Shown here: one piece after another, positions 11,986 to 23,800 of the stretch
Layout: each line of letters starts with the position of its first letter
Position numbering within the stretch: position 1 is the first letter of the stretch
Source: Nemertoderma westbladi
Lineage: Eukaryota; Animalia; Xenacoelomorpha
Reading direction: 5' to 3'
Assembly (NCBI GenBank): GCA_032718475.1
Contig: JAUCBJ010000816.1
Location: 36,476 to 100,475 of the forward strand
Length of the DNA stretch: 64,000 nucleotides
The notes under the pieces: model-generated
What the model was told of the DNA's origin: nothing
What the model saw: only the letters and a program-made list of their open reading frames with translations
The model's database searches: none
Translations under genes and position numbers: made by a program

Positions 11986-14900
11986 TTAGTCTTTCTTACG
12001 CGGACGGCGTTTACGCAGTTTTTTGAGGCTAGTAAGAGTCCTTTTCTCTTTGGGGCGAGCCACTTTACTAGGAGGGCTGTAACTCCTGGGTGAAGGGTGC
12101 AATACAATTGCATCAGAAGGTTTCGGATTGCGATCGGTATATCCGCCGGTCGAGGTACCTGGTTGATCGATATCAACTTCCGTGGAGCGAGGTCTAACAG
12201 CCTTTAGGGCGCGCCTCAGGACAGCAGCTCCTACGGGTCCTTGACGGGTTGTCTGGGCAATGGCGGTAGGCGGACCGTGGGTGGTAAGAAACTTCCTTGG
12301 TTTAATAGTTCTTTCCAGCTCGCGTTCTCGGGCTCGATATTCGTAGGGCCGTCGAGATACTTCCTGTAACTCAGGGTGCGAGTTGATAAATAAATCGCCA
12401 TACTCAGGGTCTTGACGGATATAATTGATCAAATGGTATGAAGTAATATCGTTAGGATTGACGTTCCTAAGGTATCTTCTAACAAATTTAGTGGAAATAC
12501 ACTCACCAACACGCTTCATTAGCTCGTAACTCGGTACGCGTGTTTTTTGTTCCACAGATGCTAATAAATAAGGATGGAACGCGTAAACTCCCTCGTAAGA
12601 GCGTCCAGGGTAGTATCGATGACGGGACTCACAATGTAAATCCGCGTTCGCTTCCCAAGCTCGAATGTAGCGCAGGGTAATCATTTCATCTACGCTCTCT
12701 AAATCGTGATTAAAGGGGCAATTATAACTGGCATGTCCTTTAAGTTGACAGTGGTGGCATTGAGTCATAAATTGGGGGCAGACTGCAAAAATATGAGAGT
12801 TATTAATTCTGCAATACTCACAATATATCTCCATCATTGGTTGTTCGTGGAAGTAGGAACAGGGTACGTCTGAGTCCATAGGAGTGAAATGGTCTCTCGA
12901 TGCGCATAATCGACAACGTTTTCGAGAAACATAGTTAGCGTGTCGATAATCGTATGCGGTGAGACATTGTGGACCTTGATACCACTCTAAGACGTAGTCG
13001 TTATCGCTGCTCCGGGGCGCTGTAGGTTGAATCGCTTCAGCTTCTAAGCATATTGGTTCGTCTTCCAATTGCATAGCTGAGGTAGGTGCGGCTGTCTCCG
13101 CAAGCGGACCCACTGTCTGAACTTCGACGACAGAATAACCCGTGGGTATTCGGGGTCTTTGTATAACAGATGAGTGCAAGTTCTGTATACAAACGTCCTG
13201 AAAAAGGGCAAATCCCGCGCTGTTTAGCTTCTCCGCCGCTGAGTCTCTCAGGCTGAGTTTGGTCAGAGCGCGGTCCTTGAACTGACTATCAACGTTACGG
13301 AACGGAGTCAGAAAGCGCCTGAAACATTCAAAGCGGATGAATTTATTGTGTTCATCTAGCTTGGCGAGTTTGGTTCCAAGTATTAAGGGATGGGCGCGTA
13401 TGGTACGACTGCACACATCGGCTAGCCAACCGGCAAGTGCTGCGTTTTCAAAGATCGTGTATATAGCTAAGGAGGGACGAAGCGGAACACTCATAAAGCT
13501 ATACACGGCGCCAGGTGCGGTCAATGGTCCATCAAAGTATAAACGAGAATAATGATCTCCGTATACTTGTTGGTAATTTATAGGATTTCCAACCTTGAAA
13601 TTCCATCCGTATTCTTGAAAGGCAAGATGTCCGATGGAGGTTCGTTGTACTTTGGTAATTCCGCTGGGTGTATTGGCATACATAGTGCGGAAGAAACCTC
13701 GGCCTTCTGCCCAAGGAGCAATCAGCTGAGTATCAACGAAGGGGTATGGAATGTTCTCCATATTCCGAAAGTCGTTCTGTAGGTCTCCATAAACAGCTGA
13801 GCCGATTTTAAGGATTCCTTCGTTAAACAGCATCTCGAGCACGGGTTGGGGTAACATCGATCCATCGATACCCATGGCCGGCTTGCGCTCGGTGTCGGTG
13901 ACGTAACGCTGCGCGAGTTCAAATTGTCCATGTCGGAGTTTCTTTTGTATCTCAGTAAGAGTTTCAAAAGAATAATCAATAACGTCGGAACACGCTCGAG
14001 TAAATACGTGGGTAGAACCAGCGAGTCCTCGTATGTGTATCATCCGCGTAGTTCCAAGTTCTCCAACCGGAACGCTACCTTCGTTATCGTAAGTGACAAC
14101 TCCATACATCTCGATAACGTTAAGAGTTTCGTTCCACTCTTTAGTGGCGTTTTCGAGTGTCATTCCCACAGGATGCCACAAGGTAGCACATTCGCTAGCA
14201 TTAGGCAGGTCTTTATACTTTAAATATTGTGTGGTATGTGTTTCCTCATCTCCATATCGTTGTATTCTTTCCTCCTCGAATAACACATCAAGATTCCAGT
14301 GCACTAAACGAGTTTTGATGAATCCATCAAGATTATATGGAGGTATTGTTTCTTTCTCTATTCTGGAAACATTATATGGTTTTCGAAACGAGTTTACTTT
14401 AACTAACTGATCCAGATGTTTCTGCAGTTGTTCGAGTTCGACAAGATCGAGAGGATTTATTAACGGTAGAAACTTCAGACTATGTGTAGGATCTTCCGGT
14501 TTTACCATGTAATATTGTTTGAGATTGACGTAATAAGGGTGATCTTTGATACCATAAAACGAGTCCGGTAAAGGTCTAGCGCGTATGTTTACATCGTGTA
14601 CCATACGACGGACAAGATCTGCTCTATTGTCCGGAGGTTCAACGAGTATACCATCGACACGAGCGGGTTCGATGGGCGGACGCTGCAACAGAGGAGCGTC
14701 GGCGATAAGATCGCGAGATCTTAGGTTGATATCAACCGGTTGGGGTTGTGCCGTCGCAAAAAGTTTGTCTCCGAAATGGGGAACCATCGAGGGATGAAGA
14801 ATGGTTTTAGAGTAGAGATCCGTCATAAGGATTTGCGCTTCGGGTTGAGCTAAAGCCGCTTCTTCTCTCTCATCCAGTTCTATATGTCTCTCCTCGAGCT

Positions 14901-16239
14901 GATTCTCCTCCGCTTGTTGTTGTAGACGCTCATCTAGAAACTCTTGCAAAGAGTAGGTTCGTCCACGTTCGATGTCCTCCTCGAGATTTTGTATTTCTCT
15001 ATCGAACTGGGGTAAAGCTAATTCCTTCACCGCTCGGACTTGTTGCTGCAATTTACGCTTCTCCAAACAATCGTACGTTCCCTTTCCGATTTTCTGCCGA
15101 ATAGCGTCTAATGCATTTCGTACAACGCTCTCTTCGACTTCCGTAACGGGTTGGATAGAGGTGAAGCCGGGACGGTTGTATGGGTTAAACGTTGATATTA
15201 GATGACCACGTCCCAATCCAGCTAGGTAGGGTTGGCGAATGTCTCGTGAGCCTACTACCGGAGTGCCACCGATCAACTGTTCGGGTAACACTAGATCTTT
15301 GAACAGTGAGTACAGTTCGGGAGGATCCGTGATACTATTAGGGTCAAGAGTTTGAGGTCTAACTGAGGAATGCGGAGGTCTGACCGAGTATTCCGGAACT
15401 CTGATCATCGGTTTGTTCAAGGATCGCTTGAGTCGAGCGACCGCAGGGGACACATCGAACAGGTTTCGCTCGAAACTCCCGTAAGTATATCGTGTAAAAC
15501 TGTGTTTAGCGCAACGTCTCCGCGGATGTTTATGTCTTTCCGTTTGCTGATTGGGTCTAGGGCATTCGTCGCAGTAATACCAAAGACGCATGTCCTGCAG
15601 AGGAAACGCGGGTGATCGTTCTCCAGTTTTACAATATTCCTCCATCTGTTCGAAGCTATCTGGGACAACAGGTAGCGGTCGATCAGCGGTAAGATACATC
15701 ATAGTAAAATAGAGTCGTTTGAGTTCTATCATAGGATCATGATGTATACCTTGAGGATATCGAGTTTCGAGATTTTGTTGACTGGCAATATTGAGGTATG
15801 TTTCTCTCAAGAATTCCAGATAATCGTTGAAGTCGTTGCGTTTATCCGGTTCTTCAACGTCTTCTCTTTCGAGTCGGTTTCGAATAGAGTTCTCGTGTTC
15901 TATTCTTGGCTTATCGTTCCGATTCCGTTGGGTATGATATTTAAATAAAACCATTTCCCTTTCGGTATCCACATCGTCCGTATCGTGTAAATCGATAGGG
16001 TGGCCGGTAGTTAAGAAGTCCATATACGTACCATTACGATGCGTATAGCGAGCGGTGAACTTTCTATAGTCCAATTCACGCGTAAGTTGCTCCGGGGACA
16101 TTGGCGGTTCGATATAACGACCATCATCCTCCGTAGTAGTTGGACCAGCGTCGCCGCGTATCAAGCTATCGACAAACGCTTGTAAAGGTAGAGTATATCG
16201 CTCCCTGATGCCAAGATCATCTTCTATCAACTCAGTCAT
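11986..16239 (-). CDS. Accessory 1417-aa protein: DEDDy-like 3'-5' exonuclease domain + CCHC zinc knuckles + basic (NLS-like) C-terminus
   Basis: Uninterrupted ORF. ExoI-like VVTYDNEG (D718/E720), ExoII-like ILKIGSAVYGDL (D819), PFVDTQ, ExoIII-like PLRPSLAIYTIFEN (Y927/E931). CRLC..H, CEYCx5Hx4C and CHHCx4Hx4C at aa ~1109-1174. Tail KKLRKRRPRKKD. A homolog lies at 59960-61802. Confidence 0.85.
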   Translation of the reverse strand: MTELIEDDLGIRERYTLPLQAFVDSLIRGDAGPTTTEDDGRYIEPPMSPEQLTRELDYRKFTARYTHRNGTYMDFLTTGHPIDLHDTDDVDTEREMVLFKYHTQRNRNDKPRIEHENSIRNRLEREDVEEPDKRNDFNDYLEFLRETYLNIASQQNLETRYPQGIHHDPMIELKRLYFTMMYLTADRPLPVVPDSFEQMEEYCKTGERSPAFPLQDMRLWYYCDECPRPNQQTERHKHPRRRCAKHSFTRYTYGSFERNLFDVSPAVARLKRSLNKPMIRVPEYSVRPPHSSVRPQTLDPNSITDPPELYSLFKDLVLPEQLIGGTPVVGSRDIRQPYLAGLGRGHLISTFNPYNRPGFTSIQPVTEVEESVVRNALDAIRQKIGKGTYDCLEKRKLQQQVRAVKELALPQFDREIQNLEEDIERGRTYSLQEFLDERLQQQAEENQLEERHIELDEREEAALAQPEAQILMTDLYSKTILHPSMVPHFGDKLFATAQPQPVDINLRSRDLIADAPLLQRPPIEPARVDGILVEPPDNRADLVRRMVHDVNIRARPLPDSFYGIKDHPYYVNLKQYYMVKPEDPTHSLKFLPLINPLDLVELEQLQKHLDQLVKVNSFRKPYNVSRIEKETIPPYNLDGFIKTRLVHWNLDVLFEEERIQRYGDEETHTTQYLKYKDLPNASECATLWHPVGMTLENATKEWNETLNVIEMYGVVTYDNEGSVPVGELGTTRMIHIRGLAGSTHVFTRACSDVIDYSFETLTEIQKKLRHGQFELAQRYVTDTERKPAMGIDGSMLPQPVLEMLFNEGILKIGSAVYGDLQNDFRNMENIPYPFVDTQLIAPWAEGRGFFRTMYANTPSGITKVQRTSIGHLAFQEYGWNFKVGNPINYQQVYGDHYSRLYFDGPLTAPGAVYSFMSVPLRPSLAIYTIFENAALAGWLADVCSRTIRAHPLILGTKLAKLDEHNKFIRFECFRRFLTPFRNVDSQFKDRALTKLSLRDSAAEKLNSAGFALFQDVCIQNLHSSVIQRPRIPTGYSVVEVQTVGPLAETAAPTSAMQLEDEPICLEAEAIQPTAPRSSDNDYVLEWYQGPQCLTAYDYRHANYVSRKRCRLCASRDHFTPMDSDVPCSYFHEQPMMEIYCEYCRINNSHIFAVCPQFMTQCHHCQLKGHASYNCPFNHDLESVDEMITLRYIRAWEANADLHCESRHRYYPGRSYEGVYAFHPYLLASVEQKTRVPSYELMKRVGECISTKFVRRYLRNVNPNDITSYHLINYIRQDPEYGDLFINSHPELQEVSRRPYEYRARERELERTIKPRKFLTTHGPPTAIAQTTRQGPVGAAVLRRALKAVRPRSTEVDIDQPGTSTGGYTDRNPKPSDAIVLHPSPRSYSPPSKVARPKEKRTLTSLKKLRKRRPRKKD

Positions 16240-17059
16240 ATCTGCTATAAGTTTATCAATATTATAATGAGTTTATATATATTAGGCTAGCGGGCGTCGC
16301 TGCCTACCCCTCTTTTGCCCCCGGACAGTGTAAGATCCTCAGCGCCGATGTACCGTCGTCGCTGTGCTTTCGCCAACGATGTAGCTACACAACGACAACG
16401 ATAACCGGCACAAATCACTTAACTGTCCGTCCCAAAGGCTTAGATGTACTGCAGGTTCTTCTTGGAGAGTTAGGGTTACTTTCACAATTGCGACTCGCTA
16501 CTGTAAACACACCTTAGTAGTAACATTCACCTACAAACGCACAAATTCAACACAACTGCAACAAACTGCACACATTCAGGCCATTTGTCCGTTAGTCAGT
16601 ACCTTCCAGAATGTCAATGTATTTATTATGTATCCTTGGATACTAGCAGTGCGCTATTTATTCCCTATGCTATTCAATGGGGCATGCTTTCTATTGTTCT
16701 TTTAACTCACTTCTAATTCTAGCGTGGTAGTTGCCATGGTGACATTATGGAAAGCTAGCGGTAGAATTAGGGTAATTCTCATGCATACAGATCTGGGATG
16801 CTATTTAATAGTAATTCTTTAATTGTCAATATCCTCTCTATATATGATTTTATGAATTTTATCGGCTATTGACTATGCATTGGAGATTCTCGCACACAAA
16901 TACACTTAATAGAGTGAATCTCCGCTCCCATGATCTATTAATTAATGGAATTTTGGGAATGTTATAAATTGTACAAAATGACAATTTATTAAATTCATTT
17001 AAAGTATGAATTTAAATTTATTCCCGTGAATTTTATTATTTGATGTTAAATAGACACAA

Positions 17060-17326
17060 TTTTATTCCAGAACGTGTCTGGGGACTGGGATCCTTGATTC
17101 TAGGAATTTTGTCCTTTTAAGAGTATCGGTAAGTGCTACGATATCTTAATCGACTAGAATTTTAAAGGATCTGATATTTGACAGATTTTTGTAAATATTA
17201 ATAATTAATATTTAGGATGGGCACCAGTTTATTCCAGAACTTGTCTGGGGACGTTAACCACTGATTCTAGAAATTTGTCTTTCAAGTATATCGGTGGGTG
17301 CCGCGATATCTTAATCGACTAGAATT
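17060..17326. repeat. ~100-bp direct repeat x2 in the pol-accessory spacer
   Basis: TTTATTCCAGAAC.TGTCTGGGGAC...CGATATCTTAATCGACTAGAATT at ~17060-17161 and ~17228-17326. Confidence 0.8.
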
Positions 17327-17879
17327 ACAGATGGTCAAAGGGTTTAACAGATTTATTTTGCGTTATACGCTACTGTTAAAGGGACATCACGCTACTATAT
17401 GTATTATTTAATATACGGTATGAGAGCAATATCGCACGAAGCAATGTCAGTGTGAAGAGGCAAGTCGTTTCCAAGGTCTACCCAGAGCTTGGTTTAGCCG
17501 AGACACGAGGATCTGAACTTTGCATTCCTAATACTCTGCCTACCAATAATACTTGAATATAGTAGTGGCTTCATTGTACTTTAATAAGTACGAAGATTTC
17601 ATCTTACTGTAGTCACGTATTGATAATGTAATACGGGCAGTAAGGAAAGAGAAAAAGAATTATTTCTCGCCGTCGCACTAAATATATAATATACGTAATT
17701 AAATAATAAACGCGAATATATATTGCACTAATCTACTAAATAATCTCTAAAATACCATACTACTAAATAAAATTAAATAAAACGATTAAAATAAAATTAC
17801 ATAATAATACATACATAAATATAAAAATAAAACAAATACAAATATAAAGTAATATGGTCACACACCCACTCCAGCCATT

Positions 17880-20800
17880 TTAAGTTGGGGAGTCCCTAGA
17901 TGTTTGTTGGATTAGGGAGGTGGTCGTGGGAAGAGTATCTTGTCTCCCATAGTTTCCGGAGAGTTCTCTGTCTCTTTCCAGTAAACATAAACGTCCCACC
18001 GGGCGATTGAGCTGCTGCGTCTCGAAGACAATTCCCGGTTTCTTGAAGTTACGTCGCATGACGACGAGTTCTACCGATCGCACCAAACCGTGATCCGAGA
18101 TATGCGTCTCGATTATACGACCTGTCTGCCACCGCTTACGTGGAAGATCCACATCCACAATAAGCACCATGTCTCCGGCGCTGACGTTTTCTTGCTGCGC
18201 AAACCACTTAGTTCGAAGTTGTAGCGTGGGCAGATAATGTTTTTCGAAATGGTCAGCGAAACGACGGGATAACAACTGCATGAGTTGCCAAGTTTGTCGG
18301 CAGTATTCGTCTCCATCTGTGATTTCCGATTGTGGGAGCATGGCTACAGGTTTCTTCAGTAGGAAGTGCGCGGGTGTTAGCGCTTCCAGGGAATCGGGAC
18401 TCGATGAGACTGGCATAAGCGGTCTCTCATTGAGATAGGCGGCGATTTCTTCCATTAACGTCCGCAAAAGTTCGTCGGTGAGATAAGCGCGGCAAGGCAC
18501 TATAAAATGAAATGCTGTCTTCACGCTTCTTATTAATCTCTCCCAACTTCCTCCCCACCAAGGGGCGTCGGCGGCGTTGAAGGTCCAACTAGACGCTGTT
18601 ACTCGTAGTTGGTCGTCCACCTGTCTTTGGTTCCAATCTTTGACGTAAGCTTTGATTTCATTGTTGGCACCAATGAAGTTTGTTCCCTTATCAGATCTCA
18701 TCGTGTTACTAGTGCCAAAGCGAGCGATCTGTCGTCGTAAGCTTAATAGAAAGCTGTTGGTAGATAAATCGTTCACCATATCGAGATGGATGGCTCTACA
18801 AGTCATACAAACAAAGATTACAGATTAAAGATTAGTAAAGGGTGGTTCATAAAAGCTTACTCGTTCCCTAGGTAATTCTGCCTCTCTCTGTGTTAAAGGC
18901 CTACTGAATGCTTTCCTACAGGGTATACAGTTCCTAAGAACTTGGTTCAGAGCTCTACGGGGTTTATAAAAATAATAGCGAGTTCGAATTTCGCTAAGAA
19001 CTCGTTCTCTACCAGCATGATAAAGTTTGCTGTGAACATCTACAATCATCTTGACTTGTATTTCAAGATTTCTAATGAGTATGGGGAACTTAGTATCAAA
19101 GGATAATGGGGCGTTCGTTAATCTTCCTCCAACACGTATCAACCCATCTATCATTGTGCTAGAGAAACGATCCCTTAGGCGCATCTGTGGATTTCTCAAC
19201 AACAGGAAATACTTATCGGAATCTTCATAGCATTGTAAGAGTCTTAGCAACTGTTTGTTGGTTTCTTCATGCTCCTGATAACTGATCTTCTCCTTCAGAA
19301 ACTTGTCGGGTACCTTATATTTAGGGAGATCTTTAATAACATGGACCTGCACTGATATGATTGGAGCGGTATCACCCTTTGTTTTCATCCCAGAGTAGTG
19401 ATGGTGAAAACATCTCTTTAAATATGTAACGGCCTTACAGAGCCGATTCCAAGAACTGTAGTGATGTATCGCTCTCTGCAGGAGAGGTGAGAGTCCTTGC
19501 GAGATGTCAGGTATGCCAGATTTCCAATCCTTATCACGGATTTCCACAACGAGTTTATTTGTGGCTGTGGGTTTCTGATCCAAAGCTTCGTCTCCGGAAG
19601 TATGTAGTACAGACAGATCTACTGTGGGTTTGAATAACTTCGATTTACTCGCCTGAGTTTTAGGTTTGACTTTCTCCGCTCCCTTGGCCTGTCTAATTTC
19701 TGCTGTAGTAAGATGAGGAGGCCATTCTTCTTCTTCTTTGTAAAGGAAGTCGGGTCCAACTAACCAGTCTGGAGTATCTACCAGTTCTTGTGGAGTTGCT
19801 CCCCTGGAAGCGATGTCCGCTGGATTAATCGTTCCGGGGCAATGTCTCCATTGATCCATCGTCGTGCGACTGAGTATAATAGCTACTCTGTTGGTAACGA
19901 AGACGCTGAACTGACAGACTTCATTGGTTATATACTCCAACACGAGTAAAGCGTCGGTCCAATAGACAGTTTTCTCCAGAGGATAGTCGATCTGTTCTGT
20001 TACATTCCGGCCGATGGCTGTAGCGTATAGAGCCGCTTTTAACTCCGCTCGAGGAACTTTCAACTTGTTGTTTATTAATGCCTTAGAGGTAACCAAGGCG
20101 ACTTTAATTCCGTCCGGAGTTTCCACCCTTAGGTAGGCTACTATACCTATTCCCATATCGATGGCTTCTCCAAACACATGGAGTTGATATGAATACGTAG
20201 GGAGAACATGACCAAAGTATGAACGGGAAATTATGAAGTTTTCGATGGCTGGTAGAGAATCTTCCCATTTCATCCACTTCTTTAATAATTCTCCCTTAAG
20301 TGGATCGTCCCATGAGTGGTTTTCAAGCCACATTTGTTGTACTAAACTCCGAGCAATTAATATAACTGGGCTAATAAATCCCAATGGGTCGAAATAAGTG
20401 CTCAGGATACTTAAACATATCCGTTTAGTCCGAACTGGATTATCTCGCTGTTTTAGTTGGAAAAACAGGATATCTCTTTCTGTGTCCCATTTCAAACCAA
20501 GGGTCTTAGTTTCTGGGAGATCATCCTTTATTAGATCTAGGTCTTTTGTTCCTCGATCTTCTACCGGTATCGACTCCAGAAACTCACGGGAGTTGCTGGT
20601 GAATTTAGTTAATCGAAATCCACCTTTCTTTAAGCATTCTACCGTTCCCTTTGCGACCTCAATGGCTTCTTCGACTGATGGAAAGGACTTCAGATTATCG
20701 TCCATGTAGATGTCTCGTTTAATATTGTCGATCACTTCTTTAGAGAAGGTGTCTCGGTTGTCATCCGCAGTGGTGCGTACCACGGAACAGGCGTTTGAAG

Positions 20801-23800
20801 GGCTCGAGATTATCCCAAAGGCTTGGATGGTCATCCAGTACTCCACCGGTTTCTTATTGAGGTCTCCTTCAGGCCACCACAAAAATCGTAGACTATCTCG
20901 ATCCCTATCCAGCGCTTTGACTTGTAAGAACATGCCTTCTATATCTGAGGCGAAAGCAATGGAGTATTGTCTTAACCTTAATAATATTCCCAACAAGGAT
21001 TGGAGTAAGTTGGGTCCGGGCAACAATTCAGAATTAAGGGATTGGCCCATATAGAGGGCGGAGCCGTCGAACACCACTCGTACTTCATGGGGTTTACCGG
21101 GTTTGGGAACGTAATGGTGAGTTAAATAATACGTTCTCTCAGTTATAGGAGTTTCTTCCGGTACTAGCTCCGCATATCCCTTGCTAATAAACTTCTTCAA
21201 CTGTGTTTTATACATTTCTTTAGCTGAAGAATTTGCCGTAAGGCGTCGATGTAGTTGAGCAATTCTTTTCTCTGCCAAAGGTCTGTTGTTAATGAACTTT
21301 GGTTCTCGCTTTCGGAAAGGAAGTCCGATCTCATACCTACCTTGATCTTTAAGAAAACGAGTAGTTGTCGCTTGGATCTGCTTGGCTCTTTCTTCCTCCA
21401 CCGATAGGGCCTTATCGTAGGAGTTGGGCTCTACGACCTCTTGAGTAAAGAATCTCACGGCGTGTTCATCCCGAGTCTTGGCATTATAACGTTCAATGAC
21501 GTCATTAAGCTCGTCGTTATAGTCGTCTCGCTCAGATGGGTGAAGGAGTTGACATAAGTTCACTTGATTTTGCCAAGTCTCGCTTTCCTTAAGGAGATCG
21601 ATGGCATTCTCCTCATCAAAAAGTTGATGTATATCGTCGTTGTCTGAGGAGTATGGAGTTCCCTCAGTTGGATCGTCGAACTCACTGTTCTCAACTTCCC
21701 ATTCTCGCGCTTGGTATACCTGCTCTTTAGGTAATCTTTCCATTAGAGTTCTACGGGAAGGGCCAGTAAAGTACCAACCTACTCTAGTTCTTCCCGCATA
21801 AACTTGTAGAGGTTGCGGTTGAGCAGGTCGTTTCTCTAATGTCTCGAGCGCTTCATGCGCATTTTGACCGATGAGTATTTGCACTCCAGGATAATCTGTC
21901 TGGAATCGAGGTATCTTAAGATGTTGGATGCTCTCATCCTCGTCCCAATTATAAAGGTCTGCTTGAGTAGTAGCGAAGTTCTTTATAGCCACCATTTTCA
22001 CTGACCTTATGCTATGTTCTCCTAGTTCGTCCTGGGGGGTGGACAACGCACCTACATAATAATCTGCTGTTACTGTGGATTTCCAAACTTGCATAATTCC
22101 TGACATGTTTAGCTTAGTTCGGAACTTGGGTTGTCCATCGAATATGTCTTCGGCTAGCTCTTTGTCGATGAATGTTCCTGTACTACCGGAATCAAGGAGG
22201 GCGTTCACTACATAACTCCTTTTTGGTCCGTGGACCCTTACCTGTACCACAGGAAATTCTCTAATCCCTACATTGGAAGTTGGCGCTTTCCAAGATGGTT
22301 GTCGATCAGAAGTAGTTAGAGCGAGGTCAATGTCTGTTTCTTTTTCATAAATGAGTGCTCGATACACTGTGGTATTTATCATGTAACAGGATTCGTTTTC
22401 GTCGGAGAACTCGTCCGTATAGAATCCTTCCATCTCAGATTGATCAGTGTCGTTCACATCACTGAATTGGACATGTAATTCGGAATCACTTACCTGACTC
22501 GGACTATTTCGCTCGAATTCAGTGTGCAACAAGATATGATGTTTCGCACTGCACTTGGTACATCTTGTGTCAGAGTAACAGGTTCGCCGTTGGTGTCCAT
22601 GTCTGAGGCAATTATAACACAACCGCTTGTTCCACATGACTTCACGTCTCTCAGTTAATGATTTCTTTAGAAATTCATCACACATATTTAAGCGATGGGT
22701 CCCATCACATAGCGCACATTTCGGTTTGATGTTACTTACCTTACTCTGAGTAACATTGTGTACACTTGTTTTTTCTTCGGGCTTTCTCACCTGAATTCTC
22801 TTGGGAGACGTAGGAGGAGTTTTTCTTACCTGTTCTCTCCTGTCATTTGTTCGAGACTTGAATTTACTTACCTGATCTTTAGGCATTTTATTTACGTAAT
22901 AAGATCTATCAGTGTCTTTCCCGCTATCTTCTCCTTGAGAAGTCTGGCTTTCGCCATCATCTGTATAACACACTGGTGTTACCTTTCTCCGAGCGACGGG
23001 TTTTTCACTTACCTTGTTTTCCGGTGTCTTCTCTCTGGACAATTTCAGGAGCTGTAATTTCACTTCTCCATCTAGGAATGACATGAGATCAGCCATGGTA
23101 GGGTCTCGTCGTTGTTGTTCCATCATATATAGCACTTTCTTATCCCAGCGTGTACCTACTCCACCCTTCGGTAAAGTAGAAGCCACTGCTCTAATAACCA
23201 TAGCATTCTGATACTCATGAGACTTACCTAGCCAATCTAATTGTCTGCAGATCTCCTGAATCTCATCGGAAAACTCTATAATTCCGCTGCTAATAAACTT
23301 TCGGGGCGCTACCAACTTTGCATACAAATACCCAGCTATATTATTCCTATTACCATACCTGATGTTTAGTGTATCCCAAACTTGTCTTAATCCGTCTGGA
23401 TGTCCAATAAACTTTAACGCCATTAACTTGGGAGATCCTTCCAAGCACTCGATGAGGAATCTAAGTTTCTCTCCATTAGATAGCACAGAGTTCTGTATGT
23501 TATCTTTGTAATATTCATTAAAAGGTAACCATTTCATCTCATCTCCATTGAACTTGACGATCTCTCCCACCTTTACTGCTTGCCGGGCTTCGGTTCTAGC
23601 CATTTGACGCGTAAAACTTTCTTGGGCCATCGTGTTATTTAATATCGAGTTATCGGTATATAAATTTCTCGGATTATGATCCGGTCTATAGGGAATATCA
23701 TTATCAACAGGTCTATAATTACCCTTAATAGGGTTCACTATAGGAGTTTCTACTTCGCTAGCAGTATAGATGCGTGTAGGCTCCACACCTTGCGCATGAG

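Noticed and set aside
11986-16239. Calling the accessory ORF an env gene or a second gag
   Set aside because: No signal peptide or transmembrane anchor. A complete BEL gag already exists upstream, and the knuckles follow an exonuclease-like domain.
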